A DNA stretch of 64,000 nt from a virus (taxonomy: Duplodnaviria > Heunggongvirae > Uroviricota > Caudoviricetes). A program made the translations under genes and the position numbers. The notes below the pieces were generated by a model that did not search any database, was not told the origin of the DNA, and saw nothing but the letters and a program-made list of their open reading frames with translations. Each line of letters opens with the position of its first letter. Positions within the stretch are counted from its first letter, which is position 1. The stretch is taken from IMG/VR virus record IMGVR_UViG_3300034093_001947. One strand, given 5' to 3'. Of the stretch, positions 1 to 5,608 are shown one piece after another.

Positions 1-516
1 TCCATCTTTTAAAGATGATAATACTAGACTGATACAATATCTATCTTCGATAGGATTAATGATATTATGAGGTACTCCGACTTGCACAACTGAAGGAAAT
101 CCTATAGGGGCTGAAAACAACAAATCAACTTCAGTTCGATTATATCCTATGTAATGTGAGTTAACCGCAGATAAACTTTGCTCAGTGCGAACAATATTAT
201 CTTTTGGTTTGTACCAATTCATAATGCTGTTAGCACCTCCAAATATCCAATTTATTTTAGTAAAGTCTCCATGTTTAACATCAACATGTATACCGCTAAA
301 AAAATTAGGAGTAGAGTAGAACACTTCGCAATGATCTGGAAAAATATCTAAATCTGCTAGCAAGTCTAGCATGTCCGAGTTAATATGTTCCTTGATACTA
401 ATTGAAGAATGATAGGATTTTTTGCCATTAACTATGTTAGGAAGACTTGTTAAACTATGTTTGTTTTTTAACAAGTCAACATTAAAATTTAAGTTATGAT
501 GATACGTTGTCATCAT
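1..516 (-). CDS. Fe(II)/2OG dioxygenase-fold (DSBH) hypothetical protein, runs off the window edge
   Basis: Manual translation from ATG at 516: MMTTYHHNLNF...FSGIHVDV...PHNIIN...RYCISL. HxD...H...R pattern; resembles the 2626-3201 product. Confidence 0.7.
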   Translation of the reverse strand, partial: MMTTYHHNLNFNVDLLKNKHSLTSLPNIVNGKKSYHSSISIKEHINSDMLDLLADLDIFPDHCEVFYSTPNFFSGIHVDVKHGDFTKINWIFGGANSIMNWYKPKDNIVRTEQSLSAVNSHYIGYNRTEVDLLFSAPIGFPSVVQVGVPHNIINPIEDRYCISLVLSSLKDG

Positions 517-541
517 TTATTTACCGAAAGACTTATTAGGT

Positions 542-612
542 GTGGCTATGTTGTAATGGTAGCAACCTAGACTGTGACTCTGGTAGTACGGGTTCGAGTC
601 CCGTTAGTCACC
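542..612 (+). tRNA. tRNA-His(GTG)
   Basis: Acceptor GTGGCTA/TAGTCAC, anticodon loop CT-GTG-AC, GGTTCGAGTCC T-arm; followed by CCT rather than CCA. Confidence 0.9.
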
Positions 613-651
613 CCTAATAAGTTTTTGCCACATTGTGGCACCAATAAATAC

Positions 652-743
652 GGAAAGTAATGCAGGGGAGTTGGTTCCCCGACCAGCCTTGAAAACTGGG
701 TTCTCAGAAATGGGATGGGGTTCGACTCCTCTGCTTTCCACCA
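652..743 (+). tRNA. tRNA-Ser(TGA)
   Basis: Acceptor GGAAAGT/GCTTTCC, loop CT-TGA-AA, long variable arm, CCA end; enlarged D region. Confidence 0.85.
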
Positions 744-748
744 ATAAT

Positions 749-1261
749 ATGAACGAAGATTATTTTATCCCTGTTAACACTGACATTAATTTTTTACCTA
801 AAGTAAAAGAATTTATTCCGAATGCAATTTGGAAATGGGTTCCGTCTATGTTTATTGCTACAAATTTATCTAGTACGCACATCGGTGATGATCAATTACT
901 GAGTAAAATTCATAAGGAATTTTTAGGAGAGTTAAATCTTTATAAAATTCCATGTAAATCTGTCTATGGATGGCACCAGGATAAAAATTCAATAGGGTGT
1001 TCATTAAATATGGCATTAGATCGATATCATTGTCATACATTGTTTTCAGTTGGGAATCACGGAACTCCTTTCTTACAAAAAGTAATTGAACTTGAGTACG
1101 ATCCTAATACATGGTATGCATTTAATTCAAAACAGGTGCATACTGTAATAAATCTAGACGAAAAAGATAGATATCTACTTTCATATGTACTACCGGGAAT
1201 TTTTTCCTACACAGATCTAAAATCTTGGTTAGTACAGCATACATATACTTCTCTGATGTAA
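749..1261 (+). CDS. Fe(II)/2OG dioxygenase-fold hypothetical protein
   Basis: ORF restarted at ATG 749 after tRNA-Ser; GWHQD...VHTVIN...RYLLSY motif; stop lies inside tRNA-Trp. Confidence 0.65.
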   Translation: MNEDYFIPVNTDINFLPKVKEFIPNAIWKWVPSMFIATNLSSTHIGDDQLLSKIHKEFLGELNLYKIPCKSVYGWHQDKNSIGCSLNMALDRYHCHTLFSVGNHGTPFLQKVIELEYDPNTWYAFNSKQVHTVINLDEKDRYLLSYVLPGIFSYTDLKSWLVQHTYTSLM

Positions 1262-1320
1262 TGGCAGCATAGCGGTCTCCAAAACCGTTCGTTGGGGTTC
1301 GAGTCCCTAGGGGAGTGCCA
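1247..1320 (+). tRNA. tRNA-Trp(CCA)
   Basis: Loop CT-CCA-AA, T-arm TGGGG-TTCGAGT-CCCTA, CCA end. Confidence 0.9.
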
Positions 1321-1325
1321 GTTTA

Positions 1326-1442
1326 AGGATACATACAGCAATGTCTAACGACACGTTGGTTCGATTCCAACATTATCCGCTTTGGATGATTCGCTCAATG
1401 GTAGAGCAATGGGCTTCATGCCCATCGAAACTGTATCCTGTT
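1326..1442 (+). ncRNA. Y-RNA-like module 1 enclosing a circularly permuted tRNA mimic (T arm, closed acceptor, D arm, anticodon-like arm)
   Basis: AGGATACA/TGTATCCT stem + TACAGCAA; GTTGG-TTCGATT-CCAAC; ATTATCC-GCTTT-GGATGAT; GCTC-AATGGTA-GAGC; ATGGG-CTTCATG-CCCAT. Confidence 0.75.
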
Positions 1443-1449
1443 TTATTAT

Positions 1450-1527
1450 GTAGGGGTTCCAGAGAGGCTTAATGGCACTGATTGCAAACCAGTTGATTCG
1501 TGGGTTCAAATCCCACTCCCTACTCCA
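1450..1527 (+). tRNA. tRNA-Cys(GCA)
   Basis: Loop TT-GCA-AA, U73, CCA end. Confidence 0.9.
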
Positions 1528-1532
1528 TTTAT

Positions 1533-1606
1533 GCGTGGTTAGTTTAATGGTAGAACCAGACGTTGCCAACGTTTAAGCAGGAGTTCGATTCTCCTACCCC
1601 GCACCA
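1533..1606 (+). tRNA. tRNA-Gly(GCC)
   Basis: Loop TT-GCC-AA, cloverleaf, CCA end. Confidence 0.9.
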
Positions 1607-1626
1607 AGTTAGTTGTAAATATTGTT

Positions 1627-2196
1627 ATGTATTTTGTTAAATTAAAAGAACAATTTTTTCTAACACTAGATGCAAATATTGCAAAAGAAGAATTTGCAAA
1701 TTTTGGATCTGTAATCGGCAATGAATTTAAAGGTATACAATATAATAGAATACCGCAGTATTGTACTGATACTATGTTAGAAGTCGTTCCGGAAAATTAT
1801 AGAAAACATTTTACATCGGGCATTATGAAAATTAATGTACCGTATGCAAGACCACACACTGATAGCGGAGTAACCGCAGTATTAAATTTTTATGTACAGA
1901 CTGCTGATGCTGTGACAGTATTTTATAATCAGCTTACTGAAGATTCGGTTTTAACAAAGATAAAAAATCAAACTAACGGAAGTGTCTTTAAATTAAAAGA
2001 TCTAGTTCCTGCTGCAAATTTTAAAGCATTGCCGGGAGACGTTTGGTTACTGGATGTAACGAAGCCGCATTCTGTTATTGCTGCATCCGCAGTTGATAGA
2101 GTAGCATTCTGTTTACACACTAACAGTTTATCTTTCGAAGAAGTCAAAAAAATATTTGAATGCCCGGGTGGTGGAATGGTAGACACACTTTACTGA
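1627..2196 (+). CDS. Fe(II)/2OG dioxygenase-fold hypothetical protein
   Basis: RPHTDS...PHSVIA...RVAFCL motif; 3' end overlaps tRNA-Leu. Confidence 0.65.
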   Translation: MYFVKLKEQFFLTLDANIAKEEFANFGSVIGNEFKGIQYNRIPQYCTDTMLEVVPENYRKHFTSGIMKINVPYARPHTDSGVTAVLNFYVQTADAVTVFYNQLTEDSVLTKIKNQTNGSVFKLKDLVPAANFKALPGDVWLLDVTKPHSVIAASAVDRVAFCLHTNSLSFEEVKKIFECPGGGMVDTLY

Positions 2197-2247
2197 GGTA
2201 AGGAAAAACACTAGGATGTGAGAGTTCGAATCTCTCCTCGGGAACCA
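2162..2247 (+). tRNA. tRNA-Leu(GAG)-like, irregular anticodon arm
   Basis: Leu-type D arm (GGTGGAATGGTAGACAC), long variable region, A73-CCA; anticodon stem pairs best around a 6-nt loop CTGAGG. Confidence 0.65.
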
Positions 2248-2252
2248 TGTAT

Positions 2253-2329
2253 GCCTTCGTACGCTAATTGGGAGTGCGGCTTGCCTTAGAAGCAGGTGGT
2301 TGGGGGTTCGAATCCGCCCGAAGGTACCA
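2253..2329 (+). tRNA. tRNA-Leu(TAG) with short variable loop
   Basis: GCCTTCG/CGAAGGT, CTTGC-CTTAGAA-GCAGG, 5-nt variable loop, ACCA end. Confidence 0.8.
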
Positions 2330-2331
2330 TT

Positions 2332-2458
2332 TTTGTTATCCCGTTTGATCCCAAAGTGTTCGCATAATGGGTAGGGTATCGAGCAGTGCGGCGATATAGT
2401 TGCCATTGCGTCGTGAGGTTGTGGAACAATAAACTGATAAAATCCACAATATAACAAA
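2332..2458 (+). ncRNA. Unidentified structured RNA between tRNAs
   Basis: Closing stem TTTGTTAT/ATAACAAA, internal hairpins GCAGTG..CATTGC and TTGTGGA..TCCACAA. Confidence 0.45.
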
Positions 2459-2467
2459 TCTGTTTAT

Positions 2468-2544
2468 GCCCCGTTACGCTAATTGGTAGTGCGGATTCTC
2501 TCAAAAGGAGTTGGCTGTCTGTTCGAATCAGACACGGGGTACCA
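2468..2544 (+). tRNA. tRNA-Leu(CAA) with short variable loop
   Basis: GCCCCGT/ACGGGGT, ATTCT-CTCAAAA-GGAGT, 5-nt variable loop, ACCA end. Confidence 0.8.
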
Positions 2545-2549
2545 ATTAC

Positions 2550-2624
2550 AGTTCCTTATTTCAGAGGTAGAATATCACATTGACATTGTGAAGGTCACTG
2601 GTTCGATCCCAGTAGGAACTACCA
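2550..2624 (+). tRNA. tRNA-Val(GAC)
   Basis: TCACA-TTGACAT-TGTGA, CCA end. Confidence 0.9.
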
Positions 2625-2625
2625 A

Positions 2626-3201
2626 TTATATAATTAAAGGTTTGAAAAGCTCAACTATTTCTTCCCAAGTAGAAAATTTTGCAGTTGCCCGAATGCTTAG
2701 ACACCAGCGAATATTTGCAATGTCCCGATTAGCAACATTATGAGGTATATTAGTTCTAACTAAACAAGGCCCTTCAATTCTAGCAGATTCAATGCAGACA
2801 ACATCGGCTCGATCAAAATGAATATATGGTGTGCCGCCGCTTGACATTTTAATATTATTTTGTTTACCGGGCAACGGGGAATACCAAAACATTTCTGAAT
2901 TAGCAGACCCCCATACTATATTGATACCCCATACACAATGAGTAACTCCGTTAATAGTATCAATATGAATGTCTAGATTGCTGTTAGCATTACCTCTAAA
3001 AAAAATACATTCTGAAAGAATATCTATTCCGAAATTTTTAAAAAATTCAATAGACTCATCTGTAAGAAATTCTTTATGGTCAACTAACTTCATAGCCCAA
3101 TTGTGCTCTGATTTAGAATAAACCAAATCAATATAATGTTGCATGTCTATATTATCTTTTAATATTTTGACAGGAATATTTAATTTGTAATGGTTTTGCA
3201 T
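2626..3201 (-). CDS. Fe(II)/2OG dioxygenase-fold hypothetical protein
   Basis: DIHIDT...PHNVAN...RWCLSI motif. Confidence 0.65.
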   Translation of the reverse strand: MQNHYKLNIPVKILKDNIDMQHYIDLVYSKSEHNWAMKLVDHKEFLTDESIEFFKNFGIDILSECIFFRGNANSNLDIHIDTINGVTHCVWGINIVWGSANSEMFWYSPLPGKQNNIKMSSGGTPYIHFDRADVVCIESARIEGPCLVRTNIPHNVANRDIANIRWCLSIRATAKFSTWEEIVELFKPLII

Positions 3202-3213
3202 TACGTATTTATT

Positions 3214-3288
3214 GCCCTAGTAGCTCAGTGGTAGAGCACCGTCTTGATAAGGCGGGTGTCCGTGGATCGTTCCCACGCTAGGGTACCA
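3214..3288 (+). tRNA. tRNA-Ile(GAT)
   Basis: CCGTC-TTGATAA-GGCGG; T-loop ATCGTTC; CCA end. Confidence 0.9.
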
Positions 3289-3307
3289 AAAAAAAAATAA
3301 AAAAGAC

Positions 3308-3336
3308 TTGACAGAGTCTTAAATAGACTGTATAAT
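3308..3336 (+). promoter_or_regulatory. sigma70-type promoter
   Basis: TTGACA-17 nt-TATAAT exact consensus. Confidence 0.9.
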
Positions 3337-3392
3337 AAACACATACGCTAGCAACTGTTAGCACTGTTCTTTAAAAAGTTAAGTTGGTATTT

Positions 3393-3476
3393 GCCCCGGT
3401 GGTGTAATGGTAGCCACGCTGGTCTTAGAAGCCAGTGGAGAAATCCGTGTCGGTTCGAGTCCGACCTGGGGCACCA
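3393..3476 (+). tRNA. tRNA-Leu(TAG), canonical long-arm type
   Basis: CTGGT-CTTAGAA-GCCAG, long variable arm, ACCA. Confidence 0.95.
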
Positions 3477-3584
3477 TATACAAACATACTATAGGTTGGG
3501 TTAGATTCGCGGTCTAACTATTTGGGTCTGTAGTGTAGCCCTCCAAAACTACACGCGACTAAGATACATAGTGTGTTTCTATAT
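3476..3584 (+). ncRNA. Structured RNA, TAGTGTGTTTC family copy A
   Basis: AAACATACTAT/ATAGTGTGTTT stem extended by ATATA/TATAT; two internal hairpins. Confidence 0.5.
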
Positions 3585-3591
3585 GGTGAAT

Positions 3592-3675
3592 GCGAGAGTG
3601 GAGAAATGGTATACTCAGGAGACTTAAAATCTCCCGTCGAAAGGCATGCGGGTTCGAGTCCCGCCTCTCGTACCA
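3592..3675 (+). tRNA. tRNA-Leu(TAA)
   Basis: GGAGA-CTTAAAA-TCTCC, long variable arm, ACCA. Confidence 0.95.
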
Positions 3676-3684
3676 AACAATTAC

Positions 3685-3759
3685 CTGGCGTTCGTTCAAT
3701 GGATAGGACAGCATTCTTCTAAAGTGCGAATAGAGGTTCGATTCCTCTACGCCGGACCA
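3685..3759 (+). tRNA. tRNA-Arg(TCT)
   Basis: GCATT-CTTCTAA-AGTGC, CCA end. Confidence 0.9.
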
Positions 3760-3780
3760 AGTTTTTTATTAAGGATCAAA

Positions 3781-4014
3781 ATGAGAGCAAGAACATCTGC
3801 AACTTTTAAGTTGAGTAAGCGAACAAAAACAATGTTAGCATTGATGAAGTTTAAAAATAATCAAGACCGTCATGGTTTTAAAAATGCAATGATTGATGCA
3901 CAAGTGGCAGCAAGCATTGTTCCAAAATCAGAAAAGCGTGATCGTAACGCACCTCGCCCACAAGGCACTAGTTACGTGACCAATGACACTGGTACTGCAA
4001 GTACTAGCGTTTGA
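3781..4014 (+). CDS. Small basic hypothetical protein
   Basis: ATG at 3781 with AAGGA upstream; the longer track ORF runs through tRNAs. Confidence 0.6.
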   Translation: MRARTSATFKLSKRTKTMLALMKFKNNQDRHGFKNAMIDAQVAASIVPKSEKRDRNAPRPQGTSYVTNDTGTASTSV

Positions 4015-4025
4015 GTAAAAAATAT

Positions 4026-4101
4026 TCCGCAGTAGCTCAGTCGGTAGAGTAGAAGACTGTTAATCTTTTGGTCCGTGGTTCGAGCCCACGCTGTGGAGCC
4101 A
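4026..4101 (+). tRNA. tRNA-Asn(GTT)
   Basis: Loop CT-GTT-AA, G73-CCA. Confidence 0.95.
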
Positions 4102-4109
4102 AGTTAAAT

Positions 4110-4199
4110 GGTGCGGTCCTATAATGGTATTAGAGCGGATTGCTAATCCGTCGATCGGTGAAAGCCGGTTTCTGAGTTCGAGTCTCAGTCGCACCGCCA
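4110..4199 (+). tRNA. tRNA-Ser(GCT)
   Basis: Loop TT-GCT-AA, long variable arm, G73-CCA. Confidence 0.95.
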
Positions 4200-4207
4200 A
4201 GTTTTTT

Positions 4208-4272
4208 AGGATCAGTTCAGCAAACATAATAAAAATTTCATTTATACTGAAACATAAAAAGTTGATCCTGTT
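4208..4272 (+). ncRNA. Y-RNA-like module 2 (minimal)
   Basis: AGGATCAG-TTCAGCAA ... TTGATCCT-GTT. Confidence 0.7.
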
Positions 4273-4279
4273 ATTTTAT

Positions 4280-4371
4280 GCCCCTGTAGTTTAATGGTAG
4301 AACAGCGGATTTATATCCCGTATGCAACAGATAATTGGTTAGTGTGGGTTCGACTCCCGCCGGGGGTACCA
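4280..4371 (+). tRNA. tRNA-Ile(TAT) with long variable arm
   Basis: GCGGA-TTTATAT-CCCGT, ~22-nt variable region, ACCA. Confidence 0.8.
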
Positions 4372-4372
4372 A

Positions 4373-4524
4373 GTTTTGAGATAGACGATGAGATGAGTCC
4401 CTTGTATTCTAGTGCCCTATTCTTGAGCATGACACACCAGTAGAATTGTACAAGGTCTGCATAAACTCTCTCATTCGAGACAACCCAGCGAGTCCTTAAG
4501 AAAGATAGTTGGTCTCTCAAAAAC
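4373..4524 (+). ncRNA. Unidentified structured RNA
   Basis: TTTTGAGA/TCTCAAAA closing stem; nested GATGAGA..TCTCATT, CCTTGTA/TACAAGG, TTCTA/TAGAA helices. Confidence 0.5.
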
Positions 4525-4530
4525 CTATTT

Positions 4531-4592
4531 AGGTTAATTACAGCAATAAAAAATGGCTGTCTGCTAGGACTTTAAACTAGTATTAACCTGTT
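4531..4592 (+). ncRNA. Y-RNA-like module 3 (minimal)
   Basis: AGGTTAAT-TACAGCAA ... ATTAACCT-GTT. Confidence 0.7.
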
Positions 4593-4798
4593 GAAAACCC
4601 GGTTTACTGTTTTACGTTATTAAAACAGCGTCCCTGAAACGATAGAACAGGGGGTACACTAGGACCTGACCTTACAGTCTTCTGTTCGGAGATACTGAAA
4701 ACTGCCTAGGGGCGGGAACAAAACCCGTCCAGATGGAAAAATTAGTGGACAGAGTAACCGCTCAGTTTGGGGCTCATGTGGTGTGAGTGGCTAGACAC
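4593..4798 (+). ncRNA. Unidentified multi-hairpin RNA (~200 nt)
   Basis: CTGTTTTA/TAAAACAG, CCCTG/CAGGG, CTAGG/CCTAG, GCGGG/CCCGT hairpins; no ORF. Confidence 0.45.
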
Positions 4799-4872
4799 TT
4801 TATTGAAATGCATTAGGTATCGTATCAAGTAGTGTAACTACTTTGCCAGCGGTGTTAGTGTGTTTCAATAAA
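4799..4872 (+). ncRNA. Structured RNA, TAGTGTGTTTC family copy B
   Basis: 17-bp stem TTTATTGAAATGCATTA/TAGTGTGTTTCAATAAA with AAGTAG-TGTAA-CTACTT hairpin. Confidence 0.5.
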
Positions 4873-4882
4873 TAGATTTAAT

Positions 4883-4956
4883 GCGGGGTTAGTTTAGTGG
4901 TAAAACGAGATCCTTCCAAGTTCAAGTCGCGAGTTCGATTCTCGCACCCCGCTCCA
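4883..4956 (+). tRNA. tRNA-Gly(TCC)
   Basis: GCGGGGT/ACCCCGC, loop CT-TCC-AA, U73-CCA; weak anticodon stem. Confidence 0.8.
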
Positions 4957-4964
4957 AGTTTTTT

Positions 4965-5040
4965 GCGTCCTTAACTCAGTTGGTAGAGTTCTGCCTTTAC
5001 ACGGCAGCTGTCGGCGGTTCGAGCCCGTCAGGACGTACCA
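4965..5040 (+). tRNA. tRNA-Val(TAC)
   Basis: CTGCC-TTTACAC-GGCAG, ACCA. Confidence 0.95.
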
Positions 5041-5047
5041 AGATAAT

Positions 5048-5124
5048 CGGTGTGTAGCTCAGCTTGGTAGAGCTCTGCGTTTGGGACGCAGTGGTCGCAT
5101 GTTCGAATCGTGTCACACCGACCA
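5048..5124 (+). tRNA. tRNA-Pro(TGG)
   Basis: CTGCG-TTTGGGA-CGCAG, C1:G72, ACCA. Confidence 0.95.
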
Positions 5125-5129
5125 ATAAA

Positions 5130-5280
5130 CTCTCCCTTACATACGGAGTACAATGAGATAAGTAGTATGTAAACGAATTTAGACCGGACCTGTATCCATA
5201 CTCCGGTTCCGCTGAAGCGAAAACAGGATGGGCTGCTCTCACGGGGTTTGATGGTTTCCCGACACAACAATAATCATCAA
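5130..5280 (+). ncRNA. Unidentified structured RNA with probable pseudoknot
   Basis: TTACATAC/GTATGTAA; GACCGG/CCGGTT crossed by CCTGT/ACAGG; TTGATGGTT/AATCATCAA. Confidence 0.45.
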
Positions 5281-5289
5281 CAAGAATTA

Positions 5290-5363
5290 CGCGGGTAGGG
5301 TGGTCACCACACCGGTCTCATAAGCCAGGTGCATCGGAGGTTCGAATCCTTCACCCGCATCCA
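5290..5363 (+). tRNA. tRNA-Met(CAT)-like, initiator-type C1:A72, reduced D arm
   Basis: CGCGGGT/ACCCGCA, loop CT-CAT-AA, T-arm GGAGG-TTCGAAT-CCTTC, TCCA end. Confidence 0.7.
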
Positions 5364-5368
5364 TATTT

Positions 5369-5443
5369 GGGCTGATAGTGATAATGGGAGCACAGTGGCT
5401 TTGCAAGCCTCGGGTGGGAGTTCGATCCTCCCTCGGTCCACCA
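5369..5443 (+). tRNA. tRNA-Ala(TGC)
   Basis: G3:U70 pair, loop TT-TGC-AA, ACCA. Confidence 0.9.
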
Positions 5444-5458
5444 ACAAAGGAATGTTAT

Positions 5459-5596
5459 ATGAGTACAAAAGATACACTTGATAAAGCATATGGCAATATT
5501 CCCAAAGAGCCGGTATCATTTATACAATTTGATTTACCGACATTTAGAGGAATTAAGTATTACTGGCTGCGGCTAGTAAGACTTTTTACTCGTTAA
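5459..5596 (+). CDS. Small hypothetical protein
   Basis: AAAGGA SD then ATG 5459 (MSTKDTLDKAYGNIPK...). Confidence 0.55.
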   Translation: MSTKDTLDKAYGNIPKEPVSFIQFDLPTFRGIKYYWLRLVRLFTR

Positions 5597-5608
5597 GTTT
5601 TGACCTTT

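Noticed and set aside
635-748. N-terminal extension of the ORF 635-1261
   Set aside because: It runs through tRNA-Ser(TGA); the real start is most likely ATG 749.
1410-1425. Opal suppressor or tRNA-Sec gene (TCA loop)
   Set aside because: The arms are in permuted order, the acceptor is closed by a loop, there is no CCA and position 37 is T. It is not a canonical tRNA gene.
5243-5263. tmRNA 5' end (GGGGTTTGATGGTTTCCCGAC)
   Set aside because: Only a loose resemblance. There is no matching T-arm/CCA 3' end and no tag reading frame.
2330-5290. Theta/HDV-like ribozymes in tRNA trailers
   Set aside because: I could not find the nested P1/P1.1/P3 pattern with the conserved L3 by eye directly after any tRNA; a descriptor search is still needed.
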